From positions 114,027 through 178,026 of the IMG/VR virus record IMGVR_UViG_3300010885_055964: a stretch of DNA of 64,000 nt; one strand, 5' to 3'. Below are positions 47,958 to 56,566 of this stretch, piece after piece (positions within the stretch are counted from its first letter, which is position 1; every line of letters starts with the position of its first letter). The notes beneath the pieces are model-generated. The model was not told the DNA's origin and ran no database searches. It worked only from the letters and a program-made list of their open reading frames with translations. This stretch comes from a virus. The position numbers and the translations under genes are program-made.

Positions 47958-48191
47958 ATGCCGGTTACATGTCGGAGAAGCAAAGCAGCAGTTGCATCAA
48001 GCAAAAGCTGGGAAAGAGCGAGTAAACTGTGCCAGGCGGCAGGGTTGAGCAACAAGACTTTAGCACGGAGTTTTATCGCCAGTAATAAGGACGACGATAT
48101 CGTATCCATCTTAGATGGGCGGATTGATAAGCGTAACGCTAAGGTAAGGTCTATAATTCATGACTACATCACATGGCTCAAGAAACGATGA
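47958..48191 (+). CDS. small basic hypothetical protein
   Basis: The ATG at 47958 follows GAAGGG and is in frame with the called ORF 47892-48191. Confidence 0.6.
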   Translation: MPVTCRRSKAAVASSKSWERASKLCQAAGLSNKTLARSFIASNKDDDIVSILDGRIDKRNAKVRSIIHDYITWLKKR

Positions 48192-48223
48192 TGTTGGTCA
48201 TTTTAATATAGAATATTACTATC

Positions 48224-48253
48224 GCAAAAAGCCCGGTAATACGGGCTTTTTGC
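48224..48253. terminator. bidirectional intrinsic terminator
   Basis: GCAAAAAGCCCG-GTAATA-CGGGCTTTTTGC. Confidence 0.88.
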
Positions 48254-48313
48254 ATATGCTGATTTAATGGTGGCTAATAGCTACAGAATCGGTTATATCT
48301 AATTAAATATACT

Positions 48314-48478
48314 ATGACTATGAGACTTACTGAAATAAGTGAGGGGTATTGGCAAGTGCCACCTACAAGGTACCCCAATTCATTGGTGAAGCCTACCAAA
48401 GGGCGTATGAGTTTTTTAATATGCCCATCAGACAGAAGTCGATTCTTTAAGAAGAGACGAAAACGTAGATCTAAATAA
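48314..48478 (+). CDS. 54-aa basic protein (below ORF-track cutoff)
   Basis: MTMRLTEISEGYWQVPPTRYP...FFKKRRKRRSK; TAAATATA at 48304. Confidence 0.55.
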   Translation: MTMRLTEISEGYWQVPPTRYPNSLVKPTKGRMSFLICPSDRSRFFKKRRKRRSK

Positions 48479-48480
48479 AA

Positions 48481-49224
48481 ATGGGTGTAAAAATGAAGTC
48501 CATATTACTATGTTTAACTGGGCTTATTTGCCGTTTGGTTGGTTTATTTGGTGATAGGGCAAGAGCAGCATTTGGTTCATGGCTGGTTAAGTTTATTAAC
48601 GGTCGTAAAATAGCGACGATACCGTCATCTGCCATATTTGATCCGGCTACACAATTAAAAACGTTGCAAGACATAAAAACAGCCTTCGATGCATTAACAC
48701 CTGATGGTAAACGAGGTGGATGGGATGCAGTGCAAGAGCTAATCCTAAACCAAAGAAAACAAGCAGAGCCATTGTTGTCTTTGCCTAGAGAATTAATAGT
48801 AACGATAATGATGGGGATGGCTGGTGACTTTACGCCTAGATCTTCAGCTGCTGCTACAGCTAAGATAGAAGAGATAACTAAACAATATCACATGTCAGGG
48901 GAGCCCGATTTCCTATACAAGCAGGTCATCGCTGAAACAGTTAAATTGTTAATAGCTGCAGACACACAAAAAGGCGTAGGAACGGGATGCCTTAAGAAAC
49001 TTTTTGAGGCAAGAATGAATCCTGATCGAGAATTCGGTGAGAAAGTAAGAGAACAAGCAGTATTAATGGCAATGCAATATAATCCAGAATTGCAGAAATT
49101 TCTGGGAAAAACAGAACAAGGGCATTATACATTACCAGTTGGAAATACATATGAGTCTTTTGCTGCAAGTATGTTGTTTAATGCATATGGTGATTTTAAA
49201 CAAGGGCCAGTAAATGAGAGATAA
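48481..49224 (+). CDS. hypothetical protein
   Basis: 247 aa with a hydrophobic N-terminus. Confidence 0.65.
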   Translation: MGVKMKSILLCLTGLICRLVGLFGDRARAAFGSWLVKFINGRKIATIPSSAIFDPATQLKTLQDIKTAFDALTPDGKRGGWDAVQELILNQRKQAEPLLSLPRELIVTIMMGMAGDFTPRSSAAATAKIEEITKQYHMSGEPDFLYKQVIAETVKLLIAADTQKGVGTGCLKKLFEARMNPDREFGEKVREQAVLMAMQYNPELQKFLGKTEQGHYTLPVGNTYESFAASMLFNAYGDFKQGPVNER

Positions 49225-49909
49225 AGACATGAAGAGACAGAAAAGACGAAGAAAGAAGCCAGAGCAAGTAGAGCAGATGCTACGGGAAGTCGCTTTATCG
49301 CCTATAAATAAACAACAAGACGCAGCTATAAAAGCGATTTCTAGAGCTTCAGTGGCTTTCTTAGTAGGACCAGCAGGTACTGGTAAGACCCACATAGCAT
49401 GTGGTTACGCTGCAAGATGCGTAGCTGACGGTAAGGTAGAGCGTATTATATTAACCAGACCAATTGTCGAAGCTGGTGAGAGTTTAGGCTTTTTACCAGG
49501 CACTCTCGAGGAAAAGTCTGCTCCATACTTGTTGCCTATTTATGACGCATTAGACACTGTAGCAGGTAAAGTAGGCCAGAGACGTGAACAACTACGTGCG
49601 TCATTACAAATATCTCCTTTAGCTTACATGAGAGGCCGTACGTTTAACCGGTCGATTATAGTAGTAGATGAATCACAGAATTGTACACTTGCACAATTGC
49701 GATTAGTAATTTCACGTCTGGGTGTTGATTCACAGATGATATTAACTGGAGATCTATCGCAGAGTGACCTAAGGAGTAACGATCAGGCACTCGGGTCAGT
49801 AATAGACAAGCTTGAAGGCACACCCGGTGTAGCAATATTCAGATTTGATGACACAGGAATAGTACGACACCCTATCCTCGCAGAAGTATTGAGAAGACTA
49901 AGTAAATAA
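49214..49909 (+). CDS. phoH: PhoH-family ATPase
   Basis: GPAGTGKT, RPIVEAGESLGFLPG, PLAYMRGRTF, DESQN, GDLSQSD, VRHP. Confidence 0.93.
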   Translation: MRDKDMKRQKRRRKKPEQVEQMLREVALSPINKQQDAAIKAISRASVAFLVGPAGTGKTHIACGYAARCVADGKVERIILTRPIVEAGESLGFLPGTLEEKSAPYLLPIYDALDTVAGKVGQRREQLRASLQISPLAYMRGRTFNRSIIVVDESQNCTLAQLRLVISRLGVDSQMILTGDLSQSDLRSNDQALGSVIDKLEGTPGVAIFRFDDTGIVRHPILAEVLRRLSK

Positions 49910-49970
49910 ATTAGCCAACCGGAAGTCAAATATACTCGAGAAAAGTTAGACTGAACAAACGAGGGATATT

Positions 49971-50399
49971 ATGGACAAGATAGCCACGATCCAAGATAAT
50001 AAATATTACTTAAAGATGAAGAGTATCATCGAATATACCATGTCCGCATTTGACGATGGTAAGTTATCAGTATCAGAGGTGTGGGCATTCGGTTTAATAT
50101 TGGGTGACGCGGTGAGCACAGTAATAAATGATTCTATAAAGTGGGATGAGGGAGACACAGCAGCGGTAAAAGCAGCGGCTGTGGAATTATACAAACAATT
50201 TGTTGAGCCATTAGATTTGCCAGGCCCCGATTATATGGTTGACCCCTTGCTAAGGGATGTGGTCATCCCTGGCATAGTTGAGGGAGCTGTAAGATTAGCC
50301 AAGGGCAAAGAGGTCTTGATTCAGAAGCAATCTGCAGAAGCCATGGGGTCAGTAGGTGCCTCAGACTGGCCCAGCCAGCCAGTTAGCAAATTTAAATAA
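49971..50399 (+). CDS. hypothetical protein
   Basis: 142 aa; CAAATATA at 49927. Confidence 0.65.
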   Translation: MDKIATIQDNKYYLKMKSIIEYTMSAFDDGKLSVSEVWAFGLILGDAVSTVINDSIKWDEGDTAAVKAAAVELYKQFVEPLDLPGPDYMVDPLLRDVVIPGIVEGAVRLAKGKEVLIQKQSAEAMGSVGASDWPSQPVSKFK

Positions 50400-50443
50400 G
50401 TAGTAGACTTACGCTGAAGGCCCACACACCCAAGAGGCCAATC

Positions 50444-50797
50444 ATGTCTGTTAACCTAGCAATATCACGTGGGTTAATCACAGAAGATCCTAATGTATCG
50501 GCAGAACAACCAACAGGTGCAATAGCCCCAAATGCTTGGGGCGGAAGCTATTCATCCAAGCAGAGCAATGCTCCATATTCACCATCAGATAGACCACTTA
50601 ATAGTCATGAGAAGGCGATGATCGTTTATATGAGTTATCTGCAGGGTAAAAAATTGCCAGAAACTCGTGAATATTTTGATAGTTTTGGTGGGCGACAAGG
50701 ATTCTTACAAATGGCCACTAAGGACGAAATGTGGATCAAAACCAATCAGAAGCAGAGAGAGTATATGCTGTCGCAGATGATATCGTCAGTAACATAA
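50444..50797 (+). CDS. hypothetical protein
   Basis: 117 aa, GAGG RBS, N-terminal GLITE|D. Confidence 0.6.
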   Translation: MSVNLAISRGLITEDPNVSAEQPTGAIAPNAWGGSYSSKQSNAPYSPSDRPLNSHEKAMIVYMSYLQGKKLPETREYFDSFGGRQGFLQMATKDEMWIKTNQKQREYMLSQMISSVT

Positions 50798-50826
50798 TAA
50801 TCTGATATTGCTGCGAATTTAATCGT

Positions 50827-51549
50827 ATGGATTTCGTTAGTAAATTAATATCGATATTCGAGTCTACTAAAAAGGGCCACCTACATCAGCAATTGTGGCC
50901 AGATGGTAAGCATATAGATGGTGATGTAAGAATCAGATTAGATAAAATAGCGAACGATTTTATCAACGATCATGAAATACCCTCAGAAGCCATAATAGAT
51001 ATAATCTTGACTGGTAGCATGGCTAACTATAATTGGACTAGTTATTCAGATATCGATTTGCATATATTAGTAGATTTTGAACAACAGGAAGAATGTGAGC
51101 ATATACTGAGTGATTATTACAACGTGGCCAAATCTTTATGGAATGATAAACATCATATTACTATATTTGATCATGAAGTAGAAATATACGTGCAGGATAG
51201 TAATGAAGCACATTACTCGACTGGCGTGTACTCACTTAAGAAAAACAAGTGGATCACCAAACCAAGTAAAGAACAGACTTCGATTAAACCAAACCAAGAG
51301 GCCGTAGAGAGGAAAGCACGTAGGCTGGCTAGTAAGGTATCATCCATAAACGCATCAGATAAAGACGCTGAAAGTCAGGCTAAAAAATTGATGCAGTATA
51401 TTAAGGATATGAGAATGGAAGGGCTTCGCAATGAGGGCGAATATTCTATTGAGAACCTAGCATTTAAATATTTGAGGAATAAAGGTTATTTAGAAAAGTT
51501 ATCATCATTGAGTATTAAATCTTATGATCATAAATTATCAGTAAAATAG
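50827..51549 (+). CDS. Pol-beta-superfamily nucleotidyltransferase
   Basis: IILTGSMANYNWTSYSDIDLHI (GS + DxD) and third acidic residue in EVEIYVQD. Confidence 0.8.
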   Translation: MDFVSKLISIFESTKKGHLHQQLWPDGKHIDGDVRIRLDKIANDFINDHEIPSEAIIDIILTGSMANYNWTSYSDIDLHILVDFEQQEECEHILSDYYNVAKSLWNDKHHITIFDHEVEIYVQDSNEAHYSTGVYSLKKNKWITKPSKEQTSIKPNQEAVERKARRLASKVSSINASDKDAESQAKKLMQYIKDMRMEGLRNEGEYSIENLAFKYLRNKGYLEKLSSLSIKSYDHKLSVK

Positions 51550-51566
51550 GCCGTATTAAAGATATT

Positions 51567-52034
51567 ATGAACAGTAATATAATCGGTGACCCATCGTATT
51601 ATGAATTAGTTAGTTGTATCAGGTTAAATAAGGTTCAATATTATCCTATAATCACTCGTGATTGCTGCCTAATTACATATAAATCTACATCGTTAAACGA
51701 CCCTAACTCAGTCCCATTGTGCAAATTCCATTATGCCGGTGTGCTAAAATTCATGTTTAAAGATAATGAATACGCAGCTTGTGATATAGATAAAAAACAG
51801 TTGGATATCAAGTCTAAACAATTAGATGATGCTGGGCTAATAGAAAATTACAATCAGATCCAGTGGTGGTTGGGTAGATTGCCATCAGAGTATATTGGTG
51901 CCGGGAATAACCAAAGAGCTGAACAATTAGTTATTCGACGCAATCCACGCTTAGCATCGGCGGTGTTATCTGCATTCTCTAAAATAGAAAATGCAGCAGA
52001 GGAATATTATAGGATATGTGTTTACGAATGCTAA
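51567..52034 (+). CDS. hypothetical protein
   Basis: 155 aa. Confidence 0.6.
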   Translation: MNSNIIGDPSYYELVSCIRLNKVQYYPIITRDCCLITYKSTSLNDPNSVPLCKFHYAGVLKFMFKDNEYAACDIDKKQLDIKSKQLDDAGLIENYNQIQWWLGRLPSEYIGAGNNQRAEQLVIRRNPRLASAVLSAFSKIENAAEEYYRICVYEC

Positions 52035-52057
52035 TGTAAATATGTCGGGAGATAGAA

Positions 52058-53281
52058 ATGGCTACGATCAGAGTAATCAAGGAAGCTATAGACATATGCA
52101 GACACGCTAAAATAAGTCTATTTATATGGGGGCACCGTGGTTTAGGTAAATCAAGCATAGTTAAACAATATACTGTAGAAAATCAGATAGGGTTTATCGA
52201 CACTAGGTGTTCTCAAATAGAGGCATCAGATATCAGAGGGTTACCGAATGCAGTAGATGGAAGAACTGTGTACCTGCCACCGGTCGATATGCCAGTTGGA
52301 GGTTTAGAATATGAGCAAATAGCAGCTAAGCTAGCGAACGTCTCACCCGCAGACTATAGGAGGGAATTTAAAAGGCTTCAACCTTATCATAACAATGGAA
52401 TATTGTTTTTAGATGAAGTGAATAGGGCTCAAGACGATGTGTTGCAAGGTATCTTTGAACTTATCCATGATGGTAGTGTAGGACAATATATATTACCAGA
52501 AGGCTGGACTGTGATATCTGCCGGCAATTTTTTCGAAGGTTATATGACCAATGGATTCAATGACCCGGCGTTTCTAGATAGGTTTTGTCATATTACTTTA
52601 TCTGGTGGTGAATCTACGTTGGGAGAGTGGGTCGATTATATGGCTAATATATATGGTGAGTCAGCTGCTGATGTGATTGAATTCGCATCACATAATGTAG
52701 ATCACTTAGATGGCAAGATAAGTGGAGAACTAGGCTTTAGTATACAACCATCGCGTAGGTCATGGGAAAAGGTAAGTAAAATCAATATACTAGCACAAAA
52801 TAATAAATATAGCCAAGAAGCTATAATGGAAGTGTATGCTGGATTGGTAGGCCGGGATTTAGCCTTATCATTCACCAAATATTCATGCCCTGTTAAACCA
52901 TCTGATATATTAAGAGATGGCGTCCAAAAATACGTGGCACCATTAAATAAGCTACAACGAAATCAATTATGTGGTTTGGTCTGGGGTTTGGTAGCTTCAA
53001 GCAAGAATAAGATAGACCAAGATGCGATATCTAATGTGTGTGCCGATTTTGCCCAATATGTTATGGATCGAGAGAAAGATTTAGCAGTAGCATTTTGTAG
53101 AGCTTTGATCAATGATGTTAATATACCAGATGAGATTAAGTCCGCTACTATTTCTAATCCTAACTTGGCCAAGATTATGTCTAAATTCAATCAAAAATCG
53201 GCTGGCAATAAAACATTTGTTGATAAACTAAACCAGATGCCCATATTGCAACAGGCATTATCCAATGTATGCTGGGGATAG
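52058..53281 (+). CDS. MoxR-like AAA+ ATPase
   Basis: IWGHRGLGKS, ILFLDEVNRA, VISAGN, DPAFLDRF. Confidence 0.88.
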   Translation: MATIRVIKEAIDICRHAKISLFIWGHRGLGKSSIVKQYTVENQIGFIDTRCSQIEASDIRGLPNAVDGRTVYLPPVDMPVGGLEYEQIAAKLANVSPADYRREFKRLQPYHNNGILFLDEVNRAQDDVLQGIFELIHDGSVGQYILPEGWTVISAGNFFEGYMTNGFNDPAFLDRFCHITLSGGESTLGEWVDYMANIYGESAADVIEFASHNVDHLDGKISGELGFSIQPSRRSWEKVSKINILAQNNKYSQEAIMEVYAGLVGRDLALSFTKYSCPVKPSDILRDGVQKYVAPLNKLQRNQLCGLVWGLVASSKNKIDQDAISNVCADFAQYVMDREKDLAVAFCRALINDVNIPDEIKSATISNPNLAKIMSKFNQKSAGNKTFVDKLNQMPILQQALSNVCWG

Positions 53282-53299
53282 GCAAGACGATGCTGATAT

Positions 53300-54466
53300 A
53301 TGAGTGATCATTCTGATAAGATAATGAAGGCAAGGTGTAGATTAATGATATGTGAGCCTTTCTATGGGCATATATCTATAAACATAGATTGGATACCACA
53401 CGAAATGCCATGGAAGCCTGTTCAAAAACGGTCCATGGGTGTACGCATAGTCAACGGCGGCCAGGTACAGTGCTTGTATTTTCCGCCGTTCGTCGATAGA
53501 TTAACACTTGAAGAACTGTATGGGGTCATACAGCATGAAATAGAGCATATAGTCCGGTGTCACTGTATAAGGATAGGCGATAGAGATGGTCAATTATGGA
53601 ATGTAGCGACAGATATGTCTGTCAATGGAAAACGACACAATCCAAGAATAGGATACAAGGATAACAGAGGTAATGTAACCTTACCACTCAATGGCGAGAT
53701 AATCTGGATTCCAGACGATTGGGACTCTGATTTGACGACAGAAAGTTATTATGATTTATTAGATCAGGAACAACTGTCATGTAGTGACTTTTCTAATCAG
53801 ATCGATGATCATGAAACATGGTCTCAATCTGAAGTGTCTGCTGATGAAGCTAGACAAGTCGTTAAGAATTTAATTAATGAAGCTGTCGATAAATCTTTAG
53901 GGCGTTTGCCCGATCACGTACAAAGCATAATCAAACGATTGAGCCAGCCTATCGTAAAATGGCAGCAATTGTTGAGATTAAATGTGGGTAGACATATTGG
54001 AAATAAAAGACATACTTATAGCAGGCGTGATAGAAGATCAAGGGCATTTGGTACCAAAGGTACGAGCAAGCATGCTATTGGTGAAGGCAACGTAATAGTT
54101 GACATATCTAGATCAGTAAATGAGCAAGAGCTAGAACAGTTTTTTACCGAAATAGAAGCTATAAGCTTTAAGTGCCAGATATGGATACTGTTGTGGGATG
54201 ATCAATTTAGAGGATATGCTAAATATAGAAGAGGAGATTGGCGGAAGATCCCATTAAATGGCCGAGGTGGTACAGATATGGCTGCTCCCATAGAGTGGCT
54301 TTACCAAAATCGATTGGTGAAAGATGTGCAAATAATGCTTACAGATGGATACTGTGAGTATAGTAGCCCAAAAAACATGGAATATATATGTGTGGTGACT
54401 ACCAATGATACCAACACTAAACTTCCGAGTTGGGGAAAAGTGATACAAATGCACGTCACAGGTTAG
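53300..54466 (+). CDS. HExxH metallopeptidase-like + VWA domain protein (DUF2201-type)
   Basis: IQHEIEHIV, WNVATDMSVN, MIDAS-like VIVDISRS, GRGGTDM, MLTDGY. Confidence 0.82.
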   Translation: MSDHSDKIMKARCRLMICEPFYGHISINIDWIPHEMPWKPVQKRSMGVRIVNGGQVQCLYFPPFVDRLTLEELYGVIQHEIEHIVRCHCIRIGDRDGQLWNVATDMSVNGKRHNPRIGYKDNRGNVTLPLNGEIIWIPDDWDSDLTTESYYDLLDQEQLSCSDFSNQIDDHETWSQSEVSADEARQVVKNLINEAVDKSLGRLPDHVQSIIKRLSQPIVKWQQLLRLNVGRHIGNKRHTYSRRDRRSRAFGTKGTSKHAIGEGNVIVDISRSVNEQELEQFFTEIEAISFKCQIWILLWDDQFRGYAKYRRGDWRKIPLNGRGGTDMAAPIEWLYQNRLVKDVQIMLTDGYCEYSSPKNMEYICVVTTNDTNTKLPSWGKVIQMHVTG

Positions 54467-54544
54467 TATCATGATAGAGCATATACAGGATGATTATGAC
54501 CTAGTGTTTGTTGTGGTTTATTATTATGAGCATGTGTCGATAGA

Positions 54545-54578
54545 TGATATAATGAATAATAATCAATACTGATATAAT
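54545..54578 (+). promoter_or_regulatory. two extended -10 (TGnTATAAT) sigma70-type elements
   Basis: TGATATAAT at 54545-54553 and 54570-54578 in an AT-rich intergenic gap. Confidence 0.55.
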
Positions 54579-54611
54579 CATCAAAGTTTATATTTTTTAT
54601 AGAGGTTAGCC

Positions 54612-54812
54612 ATGGATGAAGATATAAATCAGATCACGAAAGATAAACAGAATCAACTCAACGCTGCATTCGAGATCGACCGCAGGGTCTGTTTGTATAT
54701 AGAACATGAATTAGCTGTCAGTCTTGGTAAGTTAGTCTTAGAATCTGAGACCAAGAATACAGCATTGTTGGCATTAGGACACCAATTGAGGAAATTGGCA
54801 AATGGAAGATAA
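54612..54812 (+). CDS. small hypothetical protein
   Basis: 66 aa, GAGG RBS. Confidence 0.6.
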   Translation: MDEDINQITKDKQNQLNAAFEIDRRVCLYIEHELAVSLGKLVLESETKNTALLALGHQLRKLANGR

Positions 54813-54969
54813 CTACGACATTAATCAAGCATGGTCATCAAATGATATATATGACCAAATGGCTGTATTATCTGATATACATGATATGAATTCGGATGAT
54901 GAACATTTAGAAGAAGAAGTAGAAGAAGCTGATTATTATGATGAGCATCAAAGCCAGTATGTTGATTAG
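54802..54969 (+). CDS. 55-aa very acidic protein (below ORF-track cutoff)
   Basis: MEDNYDINQAWSSNDIYDQMAVLSDIHDMNSDDEHLEEEVEEADYYDEHQSQYVD; 19 D/E and no K/R; overlaps the upstream stop. Confidence 0.55.
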   Translation: MEDNYDINQAWSSNDIYDQMAVLSDIHDMNSDDEHLEEEVEEADYYDEHQSQYVD

Positions 54970-56450
54970 ATAATATTGAAGTTACTAATAGAGCATTCAC
55001 CACGTGGCCCAAGTATGCGATGTTGTCTGTTAGTGGCCATAATATCCGTCTTGCCTAGTTTTACCGATACTGGTGAATTATTGAATATCGTTATTGGCGT
55101 TTGAATGACCTTTATCCAGTCTCCATTATCTCTTATTTCACCAATATAAGTATTATCTTGTATTCTGATCCTTAAACCATAAGTAGTGTTTGGCTTGACT
55201 TTGCCTGCGTCTAGATTATTATCTAGATGGCTATATCCTCCAAAAGAGGACGCATACCTCAGATTAAGTTTTAAGAACCCATTGGGCCAGTGAACTGATA
55301 AACCCGGCCCCCAAATAACTCCAGTATCAGTCCCAGTATTGACTTCGCAGCTCACTTCTTTAAAATCAGATATCGGAGCCTCAATATAGCAGTAATTATT
55401 CTTTAGGGATGATATAATCATCTTTTGTGTAGATATCTTAGCACTGGCGTCCGCAGATTTGCTACATTTCCATATGGGCCCGGCGTCAGGCCGAACACTA
55501 TCCAATTGGCTGATACTCGCTGTATTACCTGTATACAGCTGTAAGCCATATGATTCACGAATGATATTAATAGGACTGGCTATGGTTACCTTGTCAGACC
55601 CTGCGAACAGCAGTGCGACAGCATTGCCGTCCATGTCCATTATTATGCTTCCTGAGTCACCAGGTTTACTCATAGCAGACAATACGATGCATTGGTTAAA
55701 CCTAGCTGGGCCGAAGTCATAATGTATGCCAAAACTAGCGTTTACCCCTAACACTCTGCCGGTGGTATACCCAGTTGTTCTACCGCATTTTTGCACACTT
55801 TGCCCTACAGTCACTTCGCCAAAACCCTTGAGCCTCTGGTTAATGTGAGGATATAAATCACTGATCTGATTGGTAGAGATTATATCTGGACTGATGTAGG
55901 CTATAGCGGAATCTTGAGTATTATTGCGGTTGTTCATTTTCACATATTTAGCCAACTTACCTATGATATTGTCTTCGGTCAGGGCTAGATCGGCTGGGCC
56001 TGGTTGGTATATTGCTTCTCCTAATTTTGCCCTGTTCTCATTAGCCAATACATGATTATTGCTCAGAATGACGAGTCGGTTAGACTTATCAATGAATATA
56101 CCACCAATAGTCCCTGCAGAGATCGACCCGTGGCCACAACTAAATCCTGGTCGGATAGGTCTGACTCTAGTGATTAGTTCTGCCTGCTTAGTAATATGGC
56201 CAACTTCTATTACATCAGTAGGTACTCCTTCTATCTGGCTAGGCACTAAGTCCTTGGCACTGTATGCAGTAAGAACGCGTTGGCTATTAATAGACTTTTC
56301 TGGATACTTCTTTTGTACGAATACTAATATCGCTTTTTCACCTGTCGGTTTACCATCTCTCCACTTCTCACCAATGGCTGTGCCTTCTACTCCTTGCTTG
56401 TCGAGTAGTGATTCTTGATAATCAGATTGTATATTTTCTATCGAAGACAT
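54966..56450 (-). CDS. trypsin-like (S1, Nal1-type) serine protease with pro-domain and C-terminal beta domain
   Basis: LSNNHVLA (His), QDSAIA (Asp), SKPGDSGS (Ser); pro-region ILVFVQKK..VPSQIEGVPTDVIEVG. Confidence 0.88.
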   Translation of the reverse strand: MSSIENIQSDYQESLLDKQGVEGTAIGEKWRDGKPTGEKAILVFVQKKYPEKSINSQRVLTAYSAKDLVPSQIEGVPTDVIEVGHITKQAELITRVRPIRPGFSCGHGSISAGTIGGIFIDKSNRLVILSNNHVLANENRAKLGEAIYQPGPADLALTEDNIIGKLAKYVKMNNRNNTQDSAIAYISPDIISTNQISDLYPHINQRLKGFGEVTVGQSVQKCGRTTGYTTGRVLGVNASFGIHYDFGPARFNQCIVLSAMSKPGDSGSIIMDMDGNAVALLFAGSDKVTIASPINIIRESYGLQLYTGNTASISQLDSVRPDAGPIWKCSKSADASAKISTQKMIISSLKNNYCYIEAPISDFKEVSCEVNTGTDTGVIWGPGLSVHWPNGFLKLNLRYASSFGGYSHLDNNLDAGKVKPNTTYGLRIRIQDNTYIGEIRDNGDWIKVIQTPITIFNNSPVSVKLGKTDIMATNRQHRILGPRGECSISNFNII

Positions 56451-56566
56451 TAGATATCCTTTGGATGTAAACTATTTTTGTGCGACGCAAATATTTTTTA
56501 GAACGTGTATGTAATGTTAATATAGGGATACATGTAACTTACATATAATTGGTATGTAAAAACGAT

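Noticed and set aside
54475-54580. 33-codon ORF in the AT-rich gap
   Set aside because: Short, no clear RBS, and overlaps the candidate promoter elements.
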